NCBI GenBank assembly: GCA_012295275.1 | Contig: CM022666.1 | Coordinates: 8,432,001-8,496,000 of the forward strand | Length of the DNA: 64,000 nucleotides | Reading direction: 5' to 3' | DNA from: Chrysomallon squamiferum | Taxonomy: Eukaryota > Animalia > Mollusca | Part shown: positions 40,916 to 54,560 of the stretch, in pieces | Layout: each line of letters opens with the position of its first letter | Position numbering within the stretch: position 1 is the first letter of the stretch | The notes under the pieces: model-generated | Told to the model about the DNA's origin: nothing | The model's input: the letters and a program-made list of their open reading frames with translations, nothing else | Database searches by the model: none | Made by a program: the position numbers and the translations under genes

Positions 40916-43900
40916 CTGTTAATTTATTTTTTATTTATTTACTGTTTATTTATTTCTTATTTATTTATTTATATACTGTTTATTTTCTTTCTTGTTTATT
41001 TATTTATTTACTGTTCCTTCCACATGTGGTATAGCATAGTAAATTTTATATATATTTTTTACTTATTATTTCAGCATGGACGGTACTGCTGTGGACTCTG
41101 TGTCTGACGTTCAACCTCTACATGAATGTAATTAAAGAAATCAGCACTGAGAAATACGAATGGTATGTCCACTAACATCCACACAGGTTTTTATCAAACA
41201 CACACTTCTTCATAGCAGAACACTAATTCCTCACAGGCTCATTTATTTTATCTCCCACTTTTTAAAAACATTTTAAATCTTTATATATAAATTTTAATAA
41301 CTTCAACATCAGTGATATTACATAAATCGACAATGAGTGGGTTAGAGTTGAATTATGTTTATTTTAAGTCAGCCAGGGTCAGACTTTCAGCCCATGTGCC
41401 TTTCTGAATGGCATTCATAATTTCACAAGGAAAATAACATTTATCAAAAAATATATTTTAATTTTTGTCGAGCAGATTGTCCAGTGATGATGAACCATGT
41501 TTAATGTGGCCAATTTACCTAAAAGGTTTGCCCTTGGCTGTTCTGTTTCCTTCACATATGCACACTGTAATTTTTGTTTACTTTTAATGTTTCAACTTTT
41601 TTACTTTGTTTCAGGATTTATCTGTTGTCATGTTGGTTAACCTCATTCGTTATTTCTTGCATTCCGTACATTTGGGACAAGTATGGACCAGCTGGTGCTT
41701 TCTGGTAATTGCTAAAACACTGAAGTGCTTTTTTTTTTTATTTATCTGTTAAAATATTTAAGGAGAGAAAGAATATAATAAATGAATGAAAAAAGAAGAA
41801 TAAAGAATGAATGAGGTGAAATTAAGATTGTAAATAAATAAAAGAAAAGTAAAATTAAGTTTAGAAATTTTAAAGAAAAAACTAATAATACATGAAGAGA
41901 AATATAAAAAGTGAAAGAGAAGAAACTGAACTTAATAATTTTAAAAAAAAAAAAATTAAATTAATCTGTGAAAAAGAAATGTGAACCTAAATTAAAAAAA
42001 AGAAGAAATAATAACAAAATTAAAAATTAAATCATTAAATTACATTTTAATAAAATTAAAAGGAATCTTTAAAGAAATTTTTCAGTATGTTTAATTGTTT
42101 ATTTATTTTTTTTTTTTTTTTGCTTTTAAACTGTTTATTCACGTGTTATTTATTTTATTTTTTTTATTTTTTTTTATTTTTTTTTATTTTTTTTTTTTTT
42201 TTTTTTTAGCTGGATTGTTGAAGACTGGGGCTGGAGATTTGGAATGTAAGATTGAAAAATTCAAAAAAAAAAATCAGAAATGATCTAATTATGTATTATT
42301 ATTGCATTTATATCATTGTTGTATTATTGTTGTATTTATTTATGATATCTTCCAAATTTAATATCACAAAAAATATATTTTCTGAAAAGAATTTTATTGT
42401 ATATATATTTTACTTAAAAAAACCCACATTATTATTTCTTTTTAAATAGAAAAAGAAAATAAAACCAGAATATTTCTGTAAAGTATTTTGTTATATTAAT
42501 TTATTATTATTTTCATTCTTTACATAATAAATAAAATAAAACTTGTTTATATCTGATACATGTTTTGTTTTATTACAGATGGTATCTTCCTCTAGTGGTT
42601 TTCATATTAATACTGTTTGTCAGCTACATTCGAATTATTCTTGTACTTAGGAAAAAGGTAAATTATCTATCAGTCTATCTACCTATCTATGTTTCGGCAA
42701 CTGGGATATTAAAATAGTTATGAGTTAGTCACCCAAGAAATAGTATTTGGCAAGAGGTAATGATCAAGTATACATTTCCTTCACTTAAAAGCTGAAACAT
42801 GAATGTTGTTTGTTTGGACTAATTAGGACCACTGAATCTTTTTCAAAATGAATATTTAATGGTCCAGATTTGTTTTTTTGGGACACCATGCATTTCAGAC
42901 AAGTTTCAAGCCCTGAATATCATTTCAAATATTTTTGGAATGGCAGGCAAATTAGCTTCATTTTAATATCTTTAAAAAAGATAATTAATCACTGAATTAT
43001 ATTCACAAAGCTGAACATTTTTAAAAAAAAAATTATGAGAAATAACAATATGTCACATGTTTTTAATAGTTTAATTCTTAAATTTTTCAATTATCATTTT
43101 TATTTTTGTCTCTATGATATAGATTTTAAAGACATTGATGAGAAATTTTAAAAATGTAATTTATTTCCTATAATTATTAATGCTTTAACCTTTAAAATTT
43201 GTTATATATATATATATGCTGGAAGTGTATGTGTGTTATTTTTGTTTTGTTTTTTTGTTGTTTTTTCTTTCCTTTTTTTCTACAAATTTCATAGATATAA
43301 TAATTTTGTGTTTTTGCTTTCAGGCTACATGTTGGGAAGGTACTTACAATCCAGACACAGAGAGAAACCATGTAAGTGTGTTAGCTAGTTGTTTAGATAT
43401 TAGTATTTATAAAAAAATATAAAACAGTAAAAACATAAAAAATTGTAACTGGTTGTTTGATAAGTAGTATCCACACAAAATTAATTTACTGATTTAACCC
43501 AATAGCCAATTTTTAATCTTATGCTGGAGTATCATTAAACAAATAAAAACCTACATTGATTTATTTGTTTTCCTTATCAAAATTTGTATAAAATCTGAGC
43601 CACGAATATTTTCTAAATAGCTTTTATAATTTTATATATATATAAATATATATTTGTGACTTCTTGTATTTCAGAGGCTTCTAAAAGAAGATATAAAACC
43701 TCTGAAACTTTACCCATTTGTGTACTTAGCTGTCTCAGTGTTCCCTTTAATAAACAGGTAGGTAACTTTGGCTCAGTGTAAAGAGTGTGGAATACACATA
43801 CATTATTTGGTATTATGTTTCACTATAAACTGCATTTATTATTACTATTTTTTTTAATTTGTAGATGAAAAATATATTTTATTTATTTTGTAGATTACAT

Positions 43901-46900
43901 TTCATATTTGTTTTGCAGATTACAGAATTAATTCTAAATGAATTACAGATTACAAAATGTAGTTTTATAGATTAAAAAAGGCATTTGTTTATTTGTTAAA
44001 TACTAGATTACAAAATACATATATTTATTTATTTCTTAGATTACAAAATGCTGTTATTTATTTATTAGTTATTATAAAATGCCTTTATTGATTTTATAGA
44101 TTTCAAAATATGTTAATTTGTTATAAATTACAAAAAATGTAGTTACTTATTTATAGATAAATATATTTATTTATAAATTACTGAATATCTGTTTTACAGA
44201 TTATAAAATACATTTATTTTTGTTGTACTTATAGATTACAAAATGCTTTTATTTGTCACAGATTACAAAATATTGTTTACAAAATACTATTATTTTATTG
44301 ATTACAAAATCATTTGTAGATTGCAAAAATACATTCAATTATTTTATAGAATACAAAATCCATTTATTTATATATTTCACAGGTTACAAAAAATATTTAC
44401 ATATTTTATGCATTACAAAGTACATTATTTTTATATTTCACAGATTACAAAATGCTTTTATTTATATATTTTGCAGATTACAAAAAATATTTAATTATAT
44501 TTTTGTATAGATCCTGAATTACATTTATTTCTATATTTTGCAGATTAAAAAATACATTTATTTCTGTATTTCACAGATTAAAAATGATTTTATTTATGTT
44601 TTTTATTGATTACAAAATACATTTATTTATATATTTTGCAGATTACAAAAACACCTTTATTTATATATTTCATGGACTACACAATGCAGTTATTTATATA
44701 TTTCACAGATTACAAAATGCAGTTTCACCAAATAACTACGTATTTGTGCTGGCACTTTTATCTGCTATAGCAGGACCTCTGCATGGTAAGTTACACCATA
44801 TTAATTAACATCAGAATCTGCTGCTGTGTGCATCAGACATTTAATGACATCACTGTCAGTTTTTATCATCTGTTACTGTATGTCAGAATTTGTTTTTATC
44901 ATCTGTTATTGTATGTCAGAATTTGTCTTTATCATCTGTTATTGTATGTCAGAATTTGTCTTTATCATCTGTTACTGTATGTCAGAATTTGTTTTAATGA
45001 CATTACCAAAACTCAATCATTAATTTTCTATCACATTTTCTTCTTGCTTTGCCCAGGTTTTTGAAACTATTTTTTCTGAATATGGAACAGCAGTTCCTCA
45101 CCCCCAGATCCCCTCAGTTTTTAGTCACTGGCAGCTAATCATGCTATTGTGGATTAAATAAGCTTTAGTAAATTAATGAACAATTAATTACTGTCGTAGA
45201 AACAAACAAAAAAAATAAGTTAATTAACAATAAACTAAAACAATAATGATAATAGTTGCAGTAATAACAATGATAGTAGGAGTAATAATAATAATAATAA
45301 TTGCAATAGCAATAATGATGATGATGATGATAATGATGATACTATTAATAATAATAATAGTAACAGTAGTAATAATAATAATAATAATAAAAAGAGCGAT
45401 AGTAATAATAATGATATTATTAATAATAATACTAAAAATAGTAATAATAATAATAACAATAACAATAAAAACTAGTAGTAAATAATAATAATCATAATGA
45501 AAAAAAAAAAAATAATAATAATAATAACAACAATAATAATAACAGTAAAAATAATAATAACAATAATAATAAGAAAAATCATTAACATTATAAAAAGATA
45601 ATTGACCAAAATATTTAAATTGAAATTTTATGAATATTTAATAAGTTCTAAATATCCGTACTGTATTTCGTTACAGGTACAATGAATGCAGTGGTGTTTG
45701 GAATGGACAAAACTACGAGAGATAAACTTACCTGGACACAAATACAGGTGAGAATTGTCAGGTGGAAAGATTGTCAATTATTTGTTTACTAGGTCACATA
45801 ATTATATACATATAGATATATGTAAAAAGTAACTGAAAGTTTATTTTTATTATTTATTATTCATGCTACATACGCATGTACATACCAACAGAAACACGTA
45901 CATACGCTGAAAAAGACACACAGTAACAACTAACATTTTATCATTCATTTTATGTACTTGTAACATTTGTTATCACTTCATTCATCAGAATATACATATA
46001 TTCAGAAATAATTATGTAAATGTTTGTGTGTCGATGTTGTTTAATTTATTTATATATTTGTTTATTTTTTATAAATATTCTTTCTTAAGCACAAATATTT
46101 CTGAGCCTATTTCTTTGTTTTGCATCCTTGTGCTTTTGTAAAGGTTTATTTTATTTCAAAAATCTTTTTTGTTTTTTTTCATCACTAATCTTTTAAACAA
46201 TTATCTATCCCTCATAACTGTAACAAAGGTTTTTTTTTCTATCATAAATAAACTAAAAAACCAGACAATGTGTCAATGTGTTCACTGGCAGCCTTGAGCT
46301 CTTGGGATCGTATCTCCATTATGGACTACTGTTGGTTTTTCCCAAAGCCTTCATTAATGGTTTATCAAATATACTTCCCCATATAGGAGAAGGTGCACAA
46401 GAAAGTTTCCTTGCTGCTAATTTAGAAAGAAATTGCCTCTCAGCAGGCAAAATAATGATTTTATTCTCATTACACAAGAGATGTCCACTGTTGACCATTA
46501 ACATCTCTGTTTGTCATTAAACACAATTTTATTCCTCTTTCTAATTTATCCATAAATGTTGCTGTTGTAGTTGTTGTAACACCAGTCTGTTGTCTCACAT
46601 TAATACGTGAGACGCAGCTCAGCAGTAGAGTAGTCACTCAGAACACAGTGGGTTGTCGGATCAATCCATCTTGATGTCACCCATGAGATATTTCTTATTT
46701 CCAGCCAGCTCCACACATCTAATTTAACAGAGACTGTGGTATGTCTGTCCTGTCTGTGTACTGCTGCATGAAAAAGATTTCGCTATGAAACTGAGGCCAC
46801 AAATTTCTTTTCTTCTTACACAAATGGTCCTTAGTCAGTATGTGTCTAATAATCATAAATAAAAGTTTTCAGTGTGTCTTTAAGAAGACTTTTCTTTACC

Positions 46901-47402
46901 TTTTTTCAATAATTATCATGGGAAAACTGACATAACTGAAATAAAATAAATTAATATTAAAAATTATTCCATTACTAAGGTAAAGGTAACCCTTGGATTT
47001 ATGTAACAGCTAGGTTATTTTCTCTTTCTCTAATGCAAAACTGTTAATTTTGACACCTAAAATAAACACAGGTATAAAATTATTCACTACTTCTTTTTGG
47101 TCTGATTGAATATTAAACGATTGGAAGGCAGCATGTTTCTTCTTTTTATACAGATGTCAGTGTTTTCAAGTGTTTGAAATGTACTGAATAATAATAGTAA
47201 TAATAATAATAAAAAGTTGGGATATCATTAAACAAGTTTTCATTCATTCACTGAGAAAGGTGCAACCTATGAAGTGATCAAAGCAGAGTTTGTTCTCCTT
47301 GTTGTTGGCTGTATGGAAATCTCGTGTCTTGCGCATAACAAATTAATATAAAAAGTGTCCACGACTTGTTAAAGAGTATATTTTGGGGTAATGCTGTATT
47401 TA

Positions 47403-47474
<72 letters not shown>

Positions 47475-47940
47475 TTGTGTAGTGTATATATATATTATTG
47501 TTTATGTTATTATTTTTGTGTGTGTGTGTGTATATATATATATATACTGCACCGTTTGTGTTAAAGTTGACAATTTCCGAGTTAACTCAGTTAGTATCTG
47601 ACTTAAATATCATTATACGGATTCTGGTTCAAACGCTGCCAGTGGTGCTTGGCTAAACTGTTAATTACACAGACCTGTCTTCGGTTTGATTATCTTCCTT
47701 TTTTTAATTTAATTTTATTCTTTTTTTCCTATATGTGGACCTTTTGTCTGTGTCTTTAGTTTATGTTTCCTAATTTTTAATACTAATAATAGCAGTAATA
47801 ATAATAGCAATAACAATAATAACAATAACAATAATAATAACAACAACAATAATAATAACAATAATAACAATAACAATAATAATAACAACAACAATAATAA
47901 TAACAATAATAACAGTAATAACAATAACAATAACAATAAC

Positions 47941-47984
<44 letters not shown>

Positions 47985-49703
47985 AGGTTGAGAATCCTTT
48001 ATCAGAAATGCTTGGGACTGGAAGTATTTCAGATTCTGGAATATAAGAAGACAGCATGAGAAAAAAATCACATCTAAATATGAATTTCATTTATTTCTTA
48101 TGTACAGCTTTTTAAAATAATATTTTTAATAATTTTGTGCATAAAATACAATTTGTATATGCAAAAACGTCTGAGAACTGTAAGATATTAGTATTTCTAC
48201 TGCTTGGAAAAAGTTTTGGATTTTGGAGCTTTTCGGATTTCAGAATTCTGGATATGGGACCCTCAACCTGTAGTAGTAGTAGTAATAATAATAATATAGT
48301 AGTAGTACTAGTAATAATAATAATAATATGGTAGTAGTAGTAATAATAATAATATAGTAGTAGTAGTAGTAATAATAATAATAATATAGTAGTAGTAGTA
48401 GTAGTGGTAGTAATAATAATAATAATATAGTAGTAGCAGTAGTGGTAGTAATAATAATATAGTATTAGTAGCAGTAGTAGTAGTAATAATAATAATAATA
48501 TAGTAGTAGTAGTAGTAATAATAATATAGTAGTAGCAGTAGTAGTAATAATAATAATATAGTAGTAGTAGTAGTAGTAGTAGTAATAATATAGGTTGAAA
48601 TGACAAATAATAACAACAATAACAATGGCAAATAGTAGAATTAATAATAATAATAATAATAATAATAATGTTCAGATTTAGATTCTGTTCTCTAATTATA
48701 TCCTTGTATTAATCTAAAATCAAAAAAATTATGAAATACAAAAATCTTTTGGGCTAAGAACTTTTGATGAGGGATCCTCAACCTATATAACAAAATGAAT
48801 AATATTTAAAATATAAAAACTTAATAATAACTTTTGTGAGGATAACGAAAATGATGATAAAAACATAAAACAACTAAGATGATGAAAGTGGTGATAATAA
48901 TAATAATTATTATGATGATGATGATGATGATGATAATGGCTTTGGTATTAAAATGAAGTTTATGATAGAATAAATATAAATATTTCCATAAGTCATTACC
49001 TCCAAAATGGGATTACTCCCATTTGGTCGAATTCCCAGTTGGTCAAACTGCTAAAACAACAGTAATGATCTTACTGATTTGCATGTTACCTCAGTCAATA
49101 TAATGAACTGTACAGATTATTTGGAAACAGACTGTTATGGTATGGATATTGCTTATCAATAAAGAATGCAAGTACGACAAATACAGAAATGCTACATCTA
49201 TAGAATGTAGTGAATGTCTGTAAATAATTTAAAAAGAAGGTCTCTATCTGAAAATGTTTATTTCACAAAAAGCAATCACTGCACCTCCATGAGATGAGCA
49301 ATTGCATTGTGGTACTTTCAAAAAACATCTTCATATATACTCCAAAGGCCATGTAGAACACATACAGGTAAATTGTCTGTCTGTAATGAAAGTTTGTATA
49401 AACAGAGTTTTATTCATGGAGAAACTCTGACAAACTATGAAGAGGCCAAGTTCATTACGTACATAGGTAATCGGGTATTTCAGTACACAAGCTATTTCAA
49501 CCAACTGGGAATTCATTGAAAACGTGACCTGCTCCCAGATTTGAGCTGTGGGTTTTCACACGTAAGAAACAGGTGTTCTGGGTTCTCAAAATATTTAATT
49601 TGTTTTTCCTGTGATTTGAGGAATTTAGGTTACCAGCCAAACACAAAAAAATGAATAATACTTTCTAGAGATTATAACTATTAATTTGTTTAATAATAAT
49701 AAT

Positions 49704-49738
<35 letters not shown>

Positions 49739-50726
49739 ACAACAACAAATAAATTAAAAATTATAAATATTTCTATCTGCACTTTACTAATTATAATGCT
49801 AGTTTTGGTTGCAGGGTTATTTTTCATTTTTAACCCAACTAACCTTTTCCTGTTTTCCTGTTTCCACCACCAGATGGCACTTCAGCATCGCTGGCATCAC
49901 CAACAAGTGCGAGAATATCCAGTGGTCCATCATCCCGTTGACCAACCATGCACGGGAAACATTCCTTTCCAGCATATTTCTTACTCTAAATTATACTAAC
50001 ACTTAACAGTAGTTTTCTTAATAGTGTGTGTGTTTCTCTGTGTGTGTGTGTGTGTGTGTGTAAAATATTTAAATTGAGATTAAAGTCGTCAAGATGTGTG
50101 CAATATTATAATGTAAGGCCAAATAAAAAAAAAATATTTGGTTTAACTGACTGAGTGTTTTTGAAATATTTTTTTTTCTTTGCTTTGTTAATGTTAATTT
50201 CATATCTAATATTTATTTGTATATATATACATGCTTACTTGTTTTTCTAACATATTTATTATAATCTAACCTTTTTTAAATCAATTTCATAGCTTAAAAC
50301 TACTTACTTCTGCAAAACATTTTTGACAAATTAACCTTTATATATTACCCACCATTTTCCTGTTGTCTGTTATATTTGTTTTGTACAAACCTACCAAAGT
50401 TACTACACTTAATCCAGGTTATCTGGAATCATAGTAAGAAAATATTCATCATTTTTATTTTTATTTTATATCTGATGTCATTCATTGTTGTTATATCATC
50501 GTGTATTCCATACAATTTTACTTGATCAATAATTAAGGATATATAGAATTTAAAAAGAAAAACAAAAATGTAAATATAAATATTTGTGTTGTTGTTGTTT
50601 TCTTTTTGTGATTATTGTTTTACGGGTCGTGCAGTTTTAAGCTACAATGTAAAAAACAATAATATTTTTCTGAGCTTTAAGAATTTTGTTTAGTATTTTT
50701 GATATTTTTTTTTATAGAATTATTTG

Positions 50727-50773
<47 letters not shown>

Positions 50774-52516
50774 TACATACATGCATATTAATTCAAAAAC
50801 TTTTCTTGCCATTATTTTACTAACATAAATTAACAGTATTTGTAAAGAAGTATTTATTACAGGTAAGAGATGACAAGTTTTTATTTTTATTAATTTCTTT
50901 GCTTGTTTTATTTTTCAATTTATTGACTTTGTTTATTCATTTATATTTATTTTCTTCTTTTTTTTTCTTTTTTAATTTTCTATTAATATTGTATTTACTG
51001 GAACATTTAATTTTGTTTATTCAGGTAATTAATTCTTTTTTAAATTTATTTTTACATACATATTTATTGATTGATTTTTATACCTATTTTTATTTATTTG
51101 TTTATGTTATTTATTTGTAGACATATATTTTTTAATTAAAGTGTTTATTATTATTTTTATTTTTTTTTAATTAGTTTTATTATTATTTTTATTTATTTAG
51201 ACAGTTTAAGTGTACAAATATAGATAAATATGTGTCTGCTAGGTAAATTTTTTGTTCATTATATTACTAATAATCTGTAATATTTATGTTGATGTATATT
51301 TCACTGCCATATGCATTATACTTTACCCATGGTTTTTTACATATACATTCTAACATTATTTTTGTATTAGCTGCTAATAATACTAGTCCTGTTGTTAAAT
51401 TATTTATTTATTTTAAAAAATACAAACATTTATATAGCTATTTATGTATTTTAAATTCAATCAAATATTTACTTTTGTATATGAAATTAAATATTTATTT
51501 ATAGAAATTATTTATTTATTTATTTATTTCAACAATGTTATTTTTTAATGAATTTATTACACCACACATATATTAGAGAAACAATTGCCTCTGTATGCTA
51601 TTTTTTAATTATTTATTTATTATCATCAACTTATTTAATTTTTTTGTTTTTAATGAATTTAAATTATTGTATTTACTGATCTCACAGTCTGTTTTTTTAC
51701 TTTCTCTTAATCTCCACTAATATCAAGACAGATATGTACTAGATTGAATGTGACAATCATGATAACTGAACATGTGTGCAGACTCACAAGCACATATAAT
51801 CACAAAACACAAACATACACACTAACACACAGACAAACAATAGATGTATGGACATCACTGTTTCTGTCGGTTATTAAATAAAGAATTATTTATAATAGAA
51901 AAACATTATTTCATTGCTTACATAACAAACAACACACTTCACTAGAAATCTAGAGTTCAGTTTTTTCTTCTCAACACTTTGCCCCCTAGATGAGTTCTAA
52001 GCAACCTTCTGTTTTTTTTTATACAATATTTTAAATATGTCTAGTTCCAATATTTTTTTTTAATTTTTTTTTTTTAAAAGAATAACAAATTAATTAAAAA
52101 ATTTGTTGAATTAAAACTGTTAAATTATGAACAAAACCATAAAAAATTGTGTGCAGTATAATTGAGACTAGCTTTTTAAAAACATGACTGAATATCAATA
52201 ACAGTTAAAGGAAAATAATTTTCACATCCAGTGATTTTTGTCAAGGATAAAAAATCCATCCAGATCACACGGTTAATTTACACTTTTACTCAGAGAACTG
52301 CTTGCTTTTGATTCAGACAGGTTCTGTTCTAGGATTTACAGCATCTAAGAAATTAATACATGTTTATACATTTATGCATTCATAATCGAAATTGGTTATC
52401 GTTTTTATTTACAATAAATAAAACACAACACACACACACACACACACACAATACAATATGATATATATAATATATGATGTAAAATTAATAATAATAATAA
52501 TAACAACAAAAGATAG

Positions 52517-52561
<45 letters not shown>

Positions 52562-52957
52562 CATTCATAATCTATGTTGCTATTTATTAAATGTGGTATC
52601 ATTTTTATTGAAAATTAATAAAATAAAATTAAATTAAATAATGACTTAAATGAATTTTACGATTTTAATTATCCAGTTATAAATTATTTTAAAATATTTT
52701 TTACTTGATACACAGAAAACATTTTTGATTCTGTTTCAACTGAGTTGGGTGTAATATTGTTCATTTTGTGAACTGGTGAGTTATAATAAAATGTATAACT
52801 GTATTTTAGTTGGGTTTTTTTCTGTTTTACAGAATTGTATATATTTATCTATATATAGAGCTTTATCTGTGTCTATATGATTGCATCTGTAATATATGTA
52901 TGTGTATATGCATGCCTGAGTGTGTGTGCATGTGTCTGTGGGTGTGTTTTTGAATGA

Positions 52958-53000
<43 letters not shown>

Positions 53001-53420
53001 CATCTGAGTGTGGTTTGAGTCTGCATGTATGGTTCATTGAATGTATTTTTGTATGATGAATGAATAAATGTATATTCTTTTACATAAATGTGTAAAGACA
53101 GTGTGTATTCATACACATATATCTGTCTGTATTATTATACAATGTACATAAGTATATGGTGATGTGTATACGCACACACAGACACACAGGCACACACATA
53201 GACACACACACACACAAACACAAAGTGTTTCTTACATATGTTGTTGTAAATATCAAACCTCTGTGTGTTGCAGCTGGCCTGGCAGGCGCGGCGGGCTCCG
53301 AGGTCGCTGGTGCACGAGTACCCACACCAGTCGTTTGGTGCCATTGAAGACTCACACGGAGACTTCTCTGAAATCAACATCAACCAGGAACCTGCAGTGA
53401 CGAGAGGCGTTCTTGCATAG
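28480..53420 (+). CDS. cAMP-receptor-like 7TM GPCR (Dicty_CAR/CrlA/GCR1/GPR157-type); exons 28480-28581, 38955-39007, 39290-39344, 40043-40099, 40411-40471, 41075-41162, 41615-41704, 42210-42245, 42579-42657, 43324-43371, 43675-43757, 44709-44785, 45677-45747, then 49874-49999 (341 aa) or 53274-53420 (348 aa)
   Basis: All GT-AG junctions are phase-compatible over 300 shared codons. Motifs: SLIACLFMLIIIWLFRKY...QRLITYL, CNFQAGWLTF, WTLCLTFNLY, YGPAGAFCWI, WRFGIWYLP, LKLYPFVY...FPLINR, PLHGTMNAVVFG. Confidence 0.88.
28832..30429 (-). mobile_element. Nested non-autonomous deletion derivative of the same hATw-like element (1598 bp)
   Basis: Own termini TAGGTATGTG (28832) and CACATACCTA (ends 30429). 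TSD TGTTAAG 28825-28831 / TATTAAG 30430-30436. Internal junction near 29187 lacks the parent segment ~30676-33208. Confidence 0.85.
30966..34029 (-). pseudogene. Disrupted DDE transposase of the hATw-like element
   Basis: Successive ORF fragments in shifting frames with in-frame stops at 33362 and 32624. Motifs IGFDG, PGGTANDY, LTDRCAANH, ELNCHLNPLD (degenerate CxxH) and RSHNMDAEE. Start and N-terminal intron are inferred. Confidence 0.8.
35044..35735 (+). mobile_element. Decayed Tigger/pogo-like element with CENP-B-type HTH fragment
   Basis: Begins CAGTGGTACCTC. 35330-35490 translates (with shifts) KKRMMSIEL...GVRLVHLAGQYKHSTSTICTILKE, like Tigger transposase N-termini. Right end approximate. 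Confidence 0.65.
39831..43000. repeat. Inverted pair of ~120-bp intronic repeats (39831-39950 vs 42881-43000), third partial copy ~40650-40725
   Basis: aaaatgaagctaatttgcctgccattcc...gatattcagggcttgaaacttgtctgaaatgcatgg is the reverse complement of ccatgcatttcagacaagtttcaagccctgaatatc...ggaatggcaggcaaattagcttcatttt. Confidence 0.9.
43855..44725 (+). repeat. Degenerate ~30-bp minisatellite made of copies of the intron 11/exon 12 junction
   Basis: Units such as tttatatatttcacAG|ATTACAAAATGC match the real acceptor and first exon bases at 44700-44720. Confidence 0.9.
44862..44995 (+). repeat. 30-bp tandem repeat, about 4 copies
   Basis: tttatcatctgttaYtgtatgtcagaatttg repeated; gives the spurious ORF (YHLLLYVRIC)n. 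Confidence 0.9.
46610..46900 (+). mobile_element. Decayed tRNA-derived SINE; a related, more degraded copy at ~46285-46540
   Basis: A-box-like gcagctcagcagtagag and B-box-like ggatcaatcc, then a core (ccagccag...gtggtatgt...cctgtctgtg...tgcat) of Deu/Nin-type appearance. Recognised by eye only. Confidence 0.5.
47984..48270. mobile_element. Tigger/pogo-type MITE (MER46/Tigger4-like ends); further fragments ~48591-48785 and ~58326-58420
   Basis: TA|CAGGTTGAG...CTCAACCTG|TA with TA TSD. Subterminal aaatgcttgggac is shared with the 58326 fragment. Confidence 0.8.
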
Positions 53421-54560
53421 ACAGACACCAGTATGGATGGATGAGGCGTTTATGTATAGAACATAGACAGACACCAGTATGGATGGATGAGGCGTTTATG
53501 TATAGAACATAGACAGACACCAGTATGGATGGATGAGGTGTTTATGTATAGAACATAGACAAACATCAGTATGGATGGATGAGGTGTTTTTGTGTAGAAC
53601 ATAGACAAACATCAGTATGGATGGATGAGGTGTTTTTGTGTAGAACATAGAAAACACTAGTATGGATGGATGAGGTGTTTTTTGTATAGAACATAGACAA
53701 ACATCAGTATGGATGGATGAGGTGTTTTGTATAGAACATAGAAACCATCAGTATGGATGGATGAAATAGAACATAGACAAACATCAGTATGGATGGATGA
53801 GGTGTTTTTGTATAGAACATAGACAAACATCAGTATGGATGGATGAGGTGTTTTTGTATAGAACATAGACACCAGTATGGATGGATGAGGTGTTTATGTA
53901 TAGAACATAGACAAACATCAGTATGGATGGATGAGGTGTTTTTGTATAGAACATAGACAAACATCAGTATGGATGGATGAGGTGTTTTTGTGTAGAACAT
54001 AGACAAACACTAGTATGGATGGATGAGGTGTTTTTGTATAGAACATAGACAAACATCAGTATGGATGGATGAGGTGTTTTTGTATAGAACATAGACAACC
54101 ATCAGTATGGATGGATGAGGTGTTTATGTATAGAACATAGACAAACATCAGTATGGATGGATGAGGTGTTTTTGTATAGAACATAGACAAACATCAGTAT
54201 GGATGGATGAGGTGTTTTTGTATAGAACATAGACACCAGTATGGATGGATGAGGTGTTTATGTATAGAACATAGACATCAGTATGGATGGATGAGGTGTT
54301 TTTGTATAGAACATAGAAAGACACCAGTATGGATGGATAAGGTGTTTTTGTATAGAACATAGACATCAGTATGGATGGATGAGGTGATTTGTATAGAACA
54401 TAGACAAACATCAGTATGGATGGATGAGGTGTTTATGTATAGAACGTAGACAAACACCAGTATGGATGAATAAGGTGTTTATGTATAGAACACAGACAGA
54501 GATCAGTATGGATGGATGAAGTGTTTTTGTAAAGAACACAGACAGAGATCAGTATGTGGT
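53403..54560 (+). repeat. 46-bp minisatellite (about 25 copies) starting at the stop codon of GPCR exon 14b
   Basis: Unit acatagacaaacatcagtatggatggatgaggtgtttttgtataga, period 46 (53461 to 53507), no unique spacers. Confidence 0.95.

Noticed and set aside
49180-49520. Possible C2H2 zinc-finger relic (ECSEC, RTHTGK) or third GPCR terminal exon
   Set aside because: Too degenerate to support; no VxEYP motif and no convincing phase-0 acceptor.
53403-54560. Regular 46-bp repeats resembling a CRISPR array
   Set aside because: No unique spacers, no cas genes, eukaryotic spliced context; it is a minisatellite.
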